Shown: positions 1 through 9,004 of the stretch, piece after piece
How the letters are laid out: each line of letters starts with the position of its first letter
Numbering within the stretch: position 1 is the stretch's first letter
Assembly (NCBI GenBank): GCA_963790175.1
Contig: CAWBNM010000003.1
Coordinates: 725,065 to 789,064 of the forward strand
Source: an uncultured Actinomycetota bacterium
Lineage (GTDB): Bacteria; Actinomycetota; Actinomycetes; Propionibacteriales; Nocardioidaceae
Length of the DNA: 64,000 nt
Reading direction: 5' to 3'
The notes under the pieces: model-generated
Told to the model about the DNA's origin: nothing
Database searches by the model: none
Seen by the model: the letters and a program-made list of their open reading frames with translations, nothing else
Position numbers and translations under genes: made by a program

Positions 1-711
1 CTCGCCCCAGCCGGAGCCGATCTCGAGGACGCGGGTCCCGTCGGTGACGCCGGTGCGGTCCAGCAGCCGCTCGAGCTTGCGGTCCTGGGCGGGCTCGAGG
101 TCGGCCGCGACGGGGCCGCCGTCCTCGTGGGCCCGCGGCGGGAGCGCACGCAGCAGCGGGCCGACCTCGTCGCGGTCAGCGAGGTGCTCGGCCTCGAACA
201 GCGCGCTGGAGTAGCTCAGCGTCGGGTCGAGGAACTGCTCGAACATGTCGTTGGACAGGTCGTAGTGGTGGGCGATGTTGCCGCGGGTCTGGTCCTCGGT
301 GTTGCGGTGCAGCGCCGGCGGGCGGGCGACGTAGAGCGCGCGCAGCTTCTGCATCGGGCGCGGGACCAGGTCGGCCATCTCGGCCGACAGGACGGCGAGG
401 AAGCCGCCGAGGTCCTCGGCGTCCCAGGCGCCGGTCAGGTAGGCCTCGCCGAAGCCGATCAGCCCGTCGCTGCCCACGCGGGCGAAGAACTCGTCGGGCC
501 GGTGGACGACGGCGACCGGGCCGCCGCGACCGAGCCGGCGCGCGGGGCGCGAGGCGGTCGCGGCGAGCTCGACGGTGACGTCGAGGCGCGCGGCGGCGGT
601 GGTGAAGATCCGTCGGGCGATCCGAGCGGCGACCCGGGCGCGCGGCCCGGAGGGGACGACGTCCAGCCCGGGCCAGCGGTCGGTGTCGGGGCGGTGGGGG
701 GTGAGGGTCAT
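1..711 (-). CDS. Cyclopropane-fatty-acyl-phospholipid synthase family SAM methyltransferase (UfaA1/Cfa-like), runs off window start
   Basis: Manual translation from ATG 711 (overlaps upstream TGA): MTLTPHRPDTDRW...LIGFGEAYLTGAWD...NIAHHYDLSNDMFEQFLDPTLSYSSALF...VLEIGSGWGE; classic CMAS motifs. Confidence 0.92.
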   Translation of the reverse strand, partial: MTLTPHRPDTDRWPGLDVVPSGPRARVAARIARRIFTTAAARLDVTVELAATASRPARRLGRGGPVAVVHRPDEFFARVGSDGLIGFGEAYLTGAWDAEDLGGFLAVLSAEMADLVPRPMQKLRALYVARPPALHRNTEDQTRGNIAHHYDLSNDMFEQFLDPTLSYSSALFEAEHLADRDEVGPLLRALPPRAHEDGGPVAADLEPAQDRKLERLLDRTGVTDGTRVLEIGSGWGE

Positions 712-2747
712 CGGACGCCTTCCTGGTGGTGCTCGGGTCGGGGGCGCACCGGCAGCCGGCGCAGCCAGAGCCACACGCCGTGCAGGTGGATCAGTGCGGT
801 GCCCCGGAGCGCCGCGGGGGCGGCGCGGAGTGCGGCCCGGCGGTCGTCGGCGCGCCGACGGCCGTCGAGCGAGGCGCTGAACGTCGCGCCGTCGTCGGTG
901 TGGAGCGTGACGGCGACGTGCAGCCGCTCGTCGGGGACCGGCACGGCCAGGTCGTACCAGCCGTCGGTGCCGTGGAACGGCGAGACGTACATCGCCTTGT
1001 CGGTGCGCGCCCGGCCCTGCTCGTCGGGGTGGACGAGGTAGGCGTGGCGGTCGCCGTAGGTGTTGTGCACCTCGACGACGGTGCCGGCCAGGTCGCCGGA
1101 GGGCGCGAAGCACCAGAACACCGAGATCGGGTTGAAGCAGTACCCGAGCGCGCGGGCGTTGGCCGCCATCAGCACCTGCCCGCCGCGCAGGTCCACGCCC
1201 CGCCCGCCGACGAACGCCTCGACGTTCTCGCGCAGCGTGCGCTCGGGGTCGCCGAGGTGGTCGCGGGCCTCGAAGCGGGCCAGCAGGCCGTGGTCGGGCA
1301 GGTCGTCGAGGTCGACGAGCCAGGTGCGGGTGCGGTGGCTGAACGCGCGCCGCCACGGACGCCGGCGGGAGTGGCGCACGGTGGTGTCGTAGACACCGGC
1401 GAGGCGGCGCCGCGCGGTCCTGGTCTCCTGGCCCGCGGCGGAGTCCTCGGACACCGGCCACTCGAGGCCGAGCCGCTCGACCGCGGTCAGGCCGGAGCGC
1501 GCGCCGTCCTCGTGGAAACCCCAGCCGTGGTACGCCCCGGCGAAGGCGAGCCGGTCCGAGGAGATCTCGGGCAGCCGCGCCTGGGCGGCCACCGAGGTGG
1601 GGTCGTACAGCGGGTGCTCGTACTCGCGGCGCGCGATCACCGTGGCGGGGTCGACGACGTGCTCGCCGCCGAGCGTGACCAGGTAGTGGCGGTCGGTGGG
1701 CAGCCGCTGCAGCCGGGTCAGGTCGTAGGTGACCATCACCTCGCCCGGGCGGGAGTCCTCGGTCCGCGGCCGGCGGAAGTTCCACGACGCGCGGGCGTCC
1801 GTCGCGCGCGGCAGCAGGGACTCGTCGGTGTGCAGCAGCGCCGTGTTGGCCGAGTACGGCATCGCGGCGAGCACCTCGCGCTGGAGCGGGGTCGGCTCGG
1901 CCAGCAGGGCCAGCGCCTGCCCGGGGTGGGTGGCCACGACGACGCCGTCGTAGGTGGCCACGTCGCCGTTGCCGTCGGTGACCTCGACGCCGTCGGCGGT
2001 CTCGAGCACGGAGGTGACCTTGGTGCCGAGCCGCACGTCGCCCAGGCCGGCCGCGACCTTCTCGACGTAGGCGTGCGAGCCGCCGGTGACCGTGCGCCAC
2101 TGCGGCGAGCCGAAGACGCCGAGCATGCCGTGGTGCTCGAGGAAGGTGAACAGGTAGCGCGCGGGGTAGTCGAGCGCGACCTCGGGGTCGCACGACCACA
2201 CGGCCGCCACGAGGGGCTCCATGAAGTGGCGCACGAAGTAGGAGCTGAACCGGCCCTGCTCGAGGAAGGTGCGCAGCGTGACGTCGTCGGTGACGCTGGG
2301 CTCGGCGGGCGTCCGGGCGTGGGCCACGACAGCCTTCGCCCGGCGGTGGAAGCGTGGGATCTCGACCAGCATCGCCAGGTAGCGCGGTCGGCGCAGGACG
2401 TCGCGCGACGGGAACAGCCCGCGCCGCCCGAGCGCGCCCGCCCACTCCAGACCGGTCTGCTCGTCGCTGATCGACATCGACATCTCGGAGGGCTGGGTGG
2501 CGACGCCGAGCTCGGCGAGCATCCGCAGCAGCACCGGGTAGGTGCGCGGGTTGTGCACGATGAAGCCGGTGTCGATGCCGAGCACCTGCTCGGTGCCGTC
2601 GGGCAGCACGTCGGTGACCTGGTGGGTGTCGGCGTGACCGCCGAGCCGGTCGTCGGCCTCGTAGAGCGTGACCTCGGCGGTGCGTGACGCGACGTGCGCG
2701 GCGGTCAGTCCCGCCACCCCGGAGCCGACGACCGCGATCCGCCGCAT
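708..2747 (-). CDS. FAD-dependent amine-oxidase-type oxidoreductase fused to DUF1365 (Rv0449c+Rv0448c-like)
   Basis: MRRIAVVGSGVAGL Rossmann motif, RLGGHADT, DTGFIV, GAYHGWGFHEDG, then in-frame DUF1365 motifs GYCFNPISVFWC, EVHNTYGDRH, KAMYVSPF. Confidence 0.9.
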   Translation of the reverse strand: MRRIAVVGSGVAGLTAAHVASRTAEVTLYEADDRLGGHADTHQVTDVLPDGTEQVLGIDTGFIVHNPRTYPVLLRMLAELGVATQPSEMSMSISDEQTGLEWAGALGRRGLFPSRDVLRRPRYLAMLVEIPRFHRRAKAVVAHARTPAEPSVTDDVTLRTFLEQGRFSSYFVRHFMEPLVAAVWSCDPEVALDYPARYLFTFLEHHGMLGVFGSPQWRTVTGGSHAYVEKVAAGLGDVRLGTKVTSVLETADGVEVTDGNGDVATYDGVVVATHPGQALALLAEPTPLQREVLAAMPYSANTALLHTDESLLPRATDARASWNFRRPRTEDSRPGEVMVTYDLTRLQRLPTDRHYLVTLGGEHVVDPATVIARREYEHPLYDPTSVAAQARLPEISSDRLAFAGAYHGWGFHEDGARSGLTAVERLGLEWPVSEDSAAGQETRTARRRLAGVYDTTVRHSRRRPWRRAFSHRTRTWLVDLDDLPDHGLLARFEARDHLGDPERTLRENVEAFVGGRGVDLRGGQVLMAANARALGYCFNPISVFWCFAPSGDLAGTVVEVHNTYGDRHAYLVHPDEQGRARTDKAMYVSPFHGTDGWYDLAVPVPDERLHVAVTLHTDDGATFSASLDGRRRADDRRAALRAAPAALRGTALIHLHGVWLWLRRLPVRPRPEHHQEGVR

Positions 2748-3475
2748 CACGCCCTCTCGAGCGGGATGTACGCCAGCGGCTGCGTGGTCGGGCGGCGGGA
2801 CCCGCCGGCCGGCTCCACGGTCACGCCGATCGCCTCCGCGTCGGTCGCGTCGCCCTCGAGCAGGAGCGCGGCGTCGGTCCCGTCCATCAGCCCGGCGGGC
2901 TCCATCTCGCCGTCGAGGCGCAGCCACACCTGGTAGACCGACCGCCGGGACAGCTCGGGCATGTTCTCGGTCTTGATGACCGCCTGGCCGAGCTCGCGCG
3001 AGCGGTAGACGGTCGCCGTGGCGGCGCCGTCGACGGCCTCGAGGTCGCTGGCGTGGGTCTCGGCGTCCTCGGCCTGGATCACGGCGCGGATCGGGTCGGG
3101 GGCGGCGACCTCGATGCCCGGCTCGTCGGCCCACGGCTGCGTGACGACCACGCCGATGCCGACGACCGCGGCCACGGCGGCCGCGGCGGCCAGCAGGGGC
3201 GCCCGGCGGGCCCGGGACCTGCGTCGCTCGGCGAGGCTGGTGACCTCGGGCGGCAGCGGGCGGACGGTGGCGATGTCGGCGAGGACGCGGTCGCGCAGCG
3301 CGGCCGGCGGGGCCACGGCGGCCGCGGCGCTCAGCTCGGCACCGGCCTCCCGGAGACCGGCCACCTCCTGGCGGCAGTCCGCGCAGGAGACCAGGTGCTC
3401 CTCGAAGCGGGTGCGCTCGTCGTCGTCGAGAGCATCGATCGCGAAGGCGCCGGTCAGCGCGTGCACGTCGGTCAT
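2747..3475 (-). CDS. rskA: Anti-sigma-K factor RskA
   Basis: MTDVHALTGAFAIDAL...FEEHLVSCADC (HxxxCxxC), TM helix, YQVW, GVTVEPAGGS; coupled to sigK. Confidence 0.9.
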   Translation of the reverse strand: MTDVHALTGAFAIDALDDDERTRFEEHLVSCADCRQEVAGLREAGAELSAAAAVAPPAALRDRVLADIATVRPLPPEVTSLAERRRSRARRAPLLAAAAAVAAVVGIGVVVTQPWADEPGIEVAAPDPIRAVIQAEDAETHASDLEAVDGAATATVYRSRELGQAVIKTENMPELSRRSVYQVWLRLDGEMEPAGLMDGTDAALLLEGDATDAEAIGVTVEPAGGSRRPTTQPLAYIPLERA

Positions 3476-4143
3476 GCTCTTGCTCCTTCTCCCGGTGCCT
3501 GGCCGACGCTGAGGGCGTCGCGCAGTCGGATCAGTCCGTCGCGGATGCGGGTCTTGGCGGTGCCCACCGGCAGGCCCAGCATCGCGGCGACCTCGGTGTG
3601 CGTGTAGCCGCCGAAGTAGGCCAGCTCCAGGGCCTCCCGCTGGATCGCGGTCAGCGTCTGCAGCGCCCCCCGGACCCGGTGCGCCTCGAACGAGGCGTGG
3701 GCCGCGTCGGCGGTGGAGTCGTGCGGGACGTTGTGGTTCTGGTGGTGGTAGGTCTCGTCGCGGCGGCCGGCGGCCTCCGCGGAACGGACCCGGTCGACCG
3801 CCCGGCGGTGGACGATCGTGAGCAGCCACGAGATGGCGCTGCCCTGGTCGGGATCGAACCGGTTGGCCGCCCGCCAGGACTCGAGGAACGCCTCCTGGAC
3901 GACCTCTTCAGCCTGGGCGGGGTTGCGCACCACGCGCAGCGCGAGCCCGTAGGCACGCGAGGCAGTGGCCTCGTACCACCGGGCGAAGGCCCGCTCGTCC
4001 CCGAGCGCCGCCTGCCGGAGCAGGACGGCGAGGTGCGCGGGGGTGAGCGGGCCCTCGGCAGGGACCTCGCTCCCAGCGCCGGCGCCGGACGCCGGCACCT
4101 CCCGTGGGGAGGTACCGCCGTCCGGCCGCTCGGCTCTGGTCAC
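3472..4143 (-). CDS. sigK: ECF RNA polymerase sigma factor SigK
   Basis: AEEVVQEAFLESWR, WLLTIVHRRAVDRVRS, LELAYFGGYTHTEVA, GTAKTRIRDGLIRLRD; exact start uncertain. Confidence 0.92.
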   Translation of the reverse strand: MTRAERPDGGTSPREVPASGAGAGSEVPAEGPLTPAHLAVLLRQAALGDERAFARWYEATASRAYGLALRVVRNPAQAEEVVQEAFLESWRAANRFDPDQGSAISWLLTIVHRRAVDRVRSAEAAGRRDETYHHQNHNVPHDSTADAAHASFEAHRVRGALQTLTAIQREALELAYFGGYTHTEVAAMLGLPVGTAKTRIRDGLIRLRDALSVGQAPGEGARA

Positions 4144-4180
4144 GCGGTCATCCTTGCGTGTGTTGCTCGGTGGTGCGAGC

Positions 4181-4852
4181 TCAGGCCGCGGGCATGAGCA
4201 CGGAGTCGACCACGTAGACCGTGGCGTTCGCCGTGGGGATGTTGCCGCAGAGCACGTTCGCCGGGGTCTCGCCGTTCTCGACGGTCACGCCCTCCTCGGC
4301 GTCACCCGAGATCTCCAGCTTGTCGTTGTTGAGCGTGTCCTGGCTGCCGGCGATCTCGTCCGGGCCGAGCTGCTCACCGATGACGTGGTGGGTCAGGATC
4401 GCGGTGAGGAGCTGCTGGTCCTTGAGGACCGCGTTGAGGTCCTTCGGCGGGATGGCGGCGAACGCGTCGTCGGTCGGGGCGAAGACGGTCAGCGCCTCGG
4501 CGTCGTTCAGGGTCTCGACGAGGTCGGCGGCGGTGACGGCCTGGACCAGGGTGCCGAGCAGCGGGTTGTTGCTCGCGGCGGTCGCGACCGGGTCCTGGAC
4601 CATGCCGTCGAAGGAGCCGGGGCCCGAGGTCGGGACGGCCGAGCAGGCCTCGCCGAAGGTCTGGGCCATGGCACCCTCGGCCTCGGTGGACTCCTCCTCG
4701 GCGGGGGTCTCCTCCTCGGCGGGGGCGGAGGACTCGGTGGTGTCGTTGGCCTCGGTCTCGGTGGCGTCGTCACCACAGGCGGCGAGGGTCACCGAGAGGG
4801 CGATGGCGGAGGCCGCGAGGCCGGCGTTGCGTCGGATGTTCGAGGTCTTCAT
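4181..4852 (-). CDS. Fasciclin-domain lipoprotein (MPT83/MPT70-like)
   Basis: Lipobox LAAC; DPVATAASNNP, TVFAPTDDAF, VLCGNIPTANATVYVVDSVLMP. Confidence 0.93.
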   Translation of the reverse strand: MKTSNIRRNAGLAASAIALSVTLAACGDDATETEANDTTESSAPAEEETPAEEESTEAEGAMAQTFGEACSAVPTSGPGSFDGMVQDPVATAASNNPLLGTLVQAVTAADLVETLNDAEALTVFAPTDDAFAAIPPKDLNAVLKDQQLLTAILTHHVIGEQLGPDEIAGSQDTLNNDKLEISGDAEEGVTVENGETPANVLCGNIPTANATVYVVDSVLMPAA

Positions 4853-4908
4853 GGGGAGTGCCTTTCGAAGCGGGGTGTGTCGGTGTGTGTCGGTGTTGAC
4901 AGGAGTAG

Positions 4909-4934
4909 TTCGACGCCGGTGGGTGGTCGGATTG
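4909..4934 (-). promoter_or_regulatory. SigK-type promoter of the fasciclin gene
   Basis: Minus strand CAATCC-N15-TCGAA, close to the recalled mycobacterial SigK consensus CCATCC-N15-CCGAA. Confidence 0.75.
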
Positions 4935-5007
4935 GTGCCGACCGGCCCGATCTGTGGTGGATCGGGCCCGATCTGCGCCGGATCCAGGGCTCTCGGGGCC
5001 GGACGAC

Positions 5008-5041
5008 GACCGCCGCCCACCCGTGCGGGTGGGCGGCGGTC
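5008..5041. terminator. GC-rich hairpin after the molybdo-oxidoreductase gene
   Basis: GACCGCCGCCCACCCG-TG-CGGGTGGGCGGCGGTC, 16 bp perfect arms, 30 nt after the stop. Confidence 0.7.
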
Positions 5042-5070
5042 CGGGGGGGTGCCGGGGGAGGTGGGGCGGG

Positions 5071-6616
5071 TCAGCCGGAGACGCTGACCTGGAGGGTCGA
5101 GATGCCGCTGGCGCCGTCGGGGAACGGCTGGGCCCGCTCGGTGGTCTGCACGTCGCCGTCACCGTCGGTGACCCGCGCGGACACGCTGTGCGGGCCCTCG
5201 GTGGCGTCCCAGCGGTAGAACCACTGCCGCCAGTAGTCGTTGTTGACGTCGGGACCGAGCTCGGCGGCGACCCAGTCGCCGTCGTCGATGCTGACCTCGA
5301 CCTTCGCGACCCCGCCCTGCTCCTGGGCCCAGGCGACGCCACCGACGATGACCTCGCCGGCGTCGAGCTGCTCGGGCAGGCCCTGGGGGGTGTCGATCCG
5401 GGTCTGGATCTTGATCGGGGCATCGGTGGCCCAGTCGCGCTCGGTCCAGTACGCCTCCTTCTCCGCGTAGGTCGTCAGCGTGATCCGCTCGATCCACTTG
5501 GTGGCGCTGATGAAGCCGTACAGCCCGGGGATGACCAGGCGGGCCGGGAAGCCGTGCTCGCGGGGCAGCGCCTCGCCGTTCATCCCGATGGCGAGGATCG
5601 CGTCGCGGCCGTCGATGGCGAGCTCGAGCGGGCGTCGAGATGGTCATCCCGTCGACGTCGGTGGAGAGCATCTGGTCGGCGCCGGTGCCGTCGATGCCGG
5701 CCTGGTCCAGCAGGGTGCGCAGCGGCACGCCGAGCCAGCGCGCGCCGCCGACGAACTCGCCGCCGACGCTGTTGGACACGCAGGTCAGCGTGATGTCGCG
5801 CTCGACGAGGTCCATCGCCGCGATCTCGTCGAAGGTGAAGGTGACCTCCTGGTCGACGTCACCGTCGATGGTCAGCGTCCACGAGTCGACGTCGACGATG
5901 GGGACGTCGAGGCGGGTGTCGACGCGGTAGAAGTCCTCGTTCGAGATGCGCAGGGGCGTGATCTCGGGGAACTGCTCCTCCAGGCCGGTGGGCAGCGGCG
6001 GTGCGGGGTCCGTGGGCGCGGGGAGCGCGACGTCGGCGGGGGCGGCACGCAGCCGGCCCACCACCCGACCGGCGCCGGCCATGGCGGCGGCCAGCACGAC
6101 GAGGGCGCCGGTACCGAGCAGCACGCCACGCCGGGTCGGGCTCGCGTCGGCGCCGTCGGCGCCGCCGTCGGCGGTGCGGCGTAGCCCGCCACCGCGGGCG
6201 AGCCGGTCCAGCAGCACCAGCGCGCCGACGCCGGCCAGGGCGGTCACCACGCTGGGGACCACGTCGAGCACGCCCGTGCCGCTGTTCGTCACCGCGGCGA
6301 GGCCGGCGACCGCGACCAGCGCGACCAGCAGCGTCAGCCCGACGCGCAGCGAGCGGCGCGCGAGCACGCCGGCTACCCCGGCGAGGACGAGCACGACGAG
6401 GATCACCGACCCGACGAGGATGATCTTGTCGGCGGCGCCGAAGGTGCGGATCGCCCACTCCTTGGCCGCGGTCGGCGTCTGGTCGATCACCGCCGAGCCG
6501 ACGGCCAGGACGGGGGAGGACGCGGGGGCGGTGAAGGCGGCGACCAGGTGGCCGGCCGCCATCCCGACGAGGGTGGCGACGACGCCGAAGGTCGCATAAG
6601 CAGCACGGGAACGCAT
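5071..6616 (-). CDS. Membrane-anchored molybdopterin-dependent oxidoreductase (sulfite oxidase/MsrP family), +1 frameshift near 5630
   Basis: ATG 6616 MRSRAAY.., TM helices, FYRVDT, ITLTCVSN, ARWLGVPL; continues in another frame as MNGEALPREHGFPARLVIPGLYG..KW; removing one C in ACGCCCGCT restores the frame. Confidence 0.88.
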
Positions 6617-6624
6617 GACAGGAG

Positions 6625-6650
6625 TTCGGAGCGGACGCGCTTCCGGATGG
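6625..6650 (-). promoter_or_regulatory. SigK-type promoter, probably leaderless
   Basis: Minus strand CCATCC-N15-CCGAA, 8 nt before ATG 6616. Confidence 0.82.
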
Positions 6651-6754
6651 CTCCCGGGCCGCTCCGGGTCGCTGCCCCGTGGCGCCGTATGATGGCCGAC
6701 CGCGTGACCGGCAGGCCGGTCCGCCCACACCGAGCCACGTCCCGGGGGAGCGCC

Positions 6755-9004
6755 GTGTCCGAGGAGCTGGTCGAGCGGGAGACCGCTCACGAGCAGCAGG
6801 TCGTCGACACGGTCTACCGACGGCTCGAGCGGGCTGCCGAGGCCGCCCAGCGGCTGGCGCGCGAGGGCCGGGAGCGCGGCCGGCTCGGCCACGAGGGCGG
6901 CCTCGTCGAGCGGGACGCCTTCGCCTACCAGGCCGCCCGCCGGCTCGCCCAGCTCGACGCGGCGCACGAGGGCCTGGTCTTCGGGCGGCTCGACCTGCTC
7001 GCCGAGGCGCCCGCCACCGGCGTCGAGCCCCGCTACATCGGCCGGATCGGCCTGCGCGACGCGGAGCGGGACTCGCTGCTCGTCGACTGGCGCGCCCCGG
7101 CCGCGGCGGTGTTCTACCAGGCGACCGCCGCCTCGCCCGCCGGCGTGGTGCGCCGGCGCGTGCTGCGCTCGGCCGGGCGCCGGGTGACCGGGGTGGAGGA
7201 CGAGCTCCTCGACGCCGACGCCGCCGCCCGCCTCGAGGACGAGGGCGTCCGGCTGCCGGTGGTGGGGGAGGGCGCGCTGATGGCGCAGCTCTCGCGGGCC
7301 CGCGACCGGTCGATGCACTCGATCGTCGCGACGATCCAGGCCGAGCAGGACGAGGCGATCCGGGCGCCGGGGCGCGGGGTGGTGACGATCTCCGGCGGGC
7401 CGGGGACCGGCAAGACCGTGGTCGCGCTCCACCGCGCCGCGTACCTGCTCTACTCCGACCGGCGCCGCTACGAGACCGGTGGGGTGCTGGTGATCGGTCC
7501 CAGCGGCGTCTTCATGCGCTACATCGAGCGGGTGCTGCCGAGCCTCGGCGAGACCGCCGTCGCCCTGCGCTCGCTGGGCGAGGTCGTCGACGACGTGGTC
7601 GCCACGCGCCACGACCCGCCCCCGGTCGCCGACGTGAAGGGCTCGGCGCGGATGGCCGAGGTGCTCCGGCGCGTCTCGCGGGAGCCGGTGCCGGGGGCGC
7701 CCACCTCGTTCCGCACGTTCTGGCGCGACGACGTGCTCGAGCTCGGTCCGCCCCAGCTGGCGCGCGTGCGCCGCCAGCTGATGGGTCAGGGGCGCCGCAA
7801 CCGCCAGCTCAACCGGGTCGCGCCGGCGCTGCTGGACGCCCTCTGGCGCCAGGTGCGCGGTGAGCGCGGGCGGGAGCGGGGCCGCGAGCTCTTCGACGAC
7901 GACCTGCTCTCGCTGCGGGAGTTCGTCGACTTCGCGGTCGCCTGGTGGCCGCCGCTGCACGCGGTGGACGTGCTCGGCTGGCTGCGCGAGCCCGAGCTGC
8001 TGGCGCGCGTGGGGCGCGGCCTGCTCGAGGAGGAGGAGCAGCGCCTGCTCGCCAAGTCCTGGGCCGACACCCCCGCCGCGACGGTCCGGGCCGCGGCGCG
8101 CGGCGCCCTGTCGGTGGAGGACGTGCCGCTGGTCGACGAGCTGCGCTACGCCCTCGGCGACGTCCCGGCGGTCGCGGCCGAGGACCGTGACGAGGCGCTG
8201 ACGGCGCTCGACCGGACCCTCGAGGGCAGGGTCGACCTCGAGGAGCTGACCACGGCGGCCGATCGCGAGTACGCCCCGTCGGGGCGGGCGTGGACGCCGC
8301 CGACCGGCAGCATCGAGGACGACGGCTACAGCCACGTGCTCGTCGACGAGGCGCAGGACCTCACCCCGATGCAGTGGCGGATGGTGGGGCGTCGGGGTCG
8401 CGCCGCCTCGTGGACCATCGTGGGCGACCCGGCCCAGTCGTCCTGGCCGGTGCCGGCGGAGGCCGACGAGCAGCGCCGGGCCGCCCTGGAGCGCAAGCCC
8501 GTGCACGCCTTCCACCTCTCGACCAACTACCGCAACTCCGCGGAGATCTACGCCCACGCTGCCGCGTACGCCCAGCGGGTCGGCCTCGACGCCGACCTGC
8601 CGACGGCCGTCCGCTCGACCGGGGTGGACCCCCGCTCGGTGGCGGCCGACGACGAGTCCCTCGAGGCCGTGGTGCGCGACGAGGTCGCGACCGTGGCCGA
8701 CGCGGTGGCCGGCACGGTCGGGATCGTGGTCCCGGCTGCACGCCGGGCCGAGGTCGGCCGGTGGCTCGCCTCCTGGCCGGAGCGGGCCGCCGACGCCCCG
8801 GGTGCCGGGGGCGCGGCCGGAGCCGGCGCGGCCGAGGACCGCGTGGTGGTGCTGACCGGGCTGGACACGAAGGGCCTGGAGTTCGACGCGATCGTGGTGG
8901 TGCGCCCCGAGGAGATCGAGGCCGAGTCGGTGACCGGGCGCGCGACGCTCTACGTGGTCCTCACCCGGGCCACGCAGCTGCTGACCACCGTCACCCGGCC
9001 CTGA
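6755..9004 (+). CDS. HelD-family SF1 helicase-like ATPase
   Basis: LVFGRLD, YIGRIG, VDWRAPAA..FY, IVATIQAEQD, GGPGTGKT, VLVDEAQD, GDPAQS, NYRN, KGLEFD, LYVVLTRA. Confidence 0.9.
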   Translation: MSEELVERETAHEQQVVDTVYRRLERAAEAAQRLAREGRERGRLGHEGGLVERDAFAYQAARRLAQLDAAHEGLVFGRLDLLAEAPATGVEPRYIGRIGLRDAERDSLLVDWRAPAAAVFYQATAASPAGVVRRRVLRSAGRRVTGVEDELLDADAAARLEDEGVRLPVVGEGALMAQLSRARDRSMHSIVATIQAEQDEAIRAPGRGVVTISGGPGTGKTVVALHRAAYLLYSDRRRYETGGVLVIGPSGVFMRYIERVLPSLGETAVALRSLGEVVDDVVATRHDPPPVADVKGSARMAEVLRRVSREPVPGAPTSFRTFWRDDVLELGPPQLARVRRQLMGQGRRNRQLNRVAPALLDALWRQVRGERGRERGRELFDDDLLSLREFVDFAVAWWPPLHAVDVLGWLREPELLARVGRGLLEEEEQRLLAKSWADTPAATVRAAARGALSVEDVPLVDELRYALGDVPAVAAEDRDEALTALDRTLEGRVDLEELTTAADREYAPSGRAWTPPTGSIEDDGYSHVLVDEAQDLTPMQWRMVGRRGRAASWTIVGDPAQSSWPVPAEADEQRRAALERKPVHAFHLSTNYRNSAEIYAHAAAYAQRVGLDADLPTAVRSTGVDPRSVAADDESLEAVVRDEVATVADAVAGTVGIVVPAARRAEVGRWLASWPERAADAPGAGGAAGAGAAEDRVVVLTGLDTKGLEFDAIVVVRPEEIEAESVTGRATLYVVLTRATQLLTTVTRP

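Noticed and set aside
5159-8557. 1132 aa minus-strand ORF
   Set aside because: Only about 5630-6616 is real (molybdo-enzyme); the rest is antisense to the HelD-like gene or post-frameshift
6660-9004. HelD-like gene as rifamycin-resistance HelR
   Set aside because: No rifamycin-associated inverted repeat recognised upstream; the paralogue class cannot be assigned by eye
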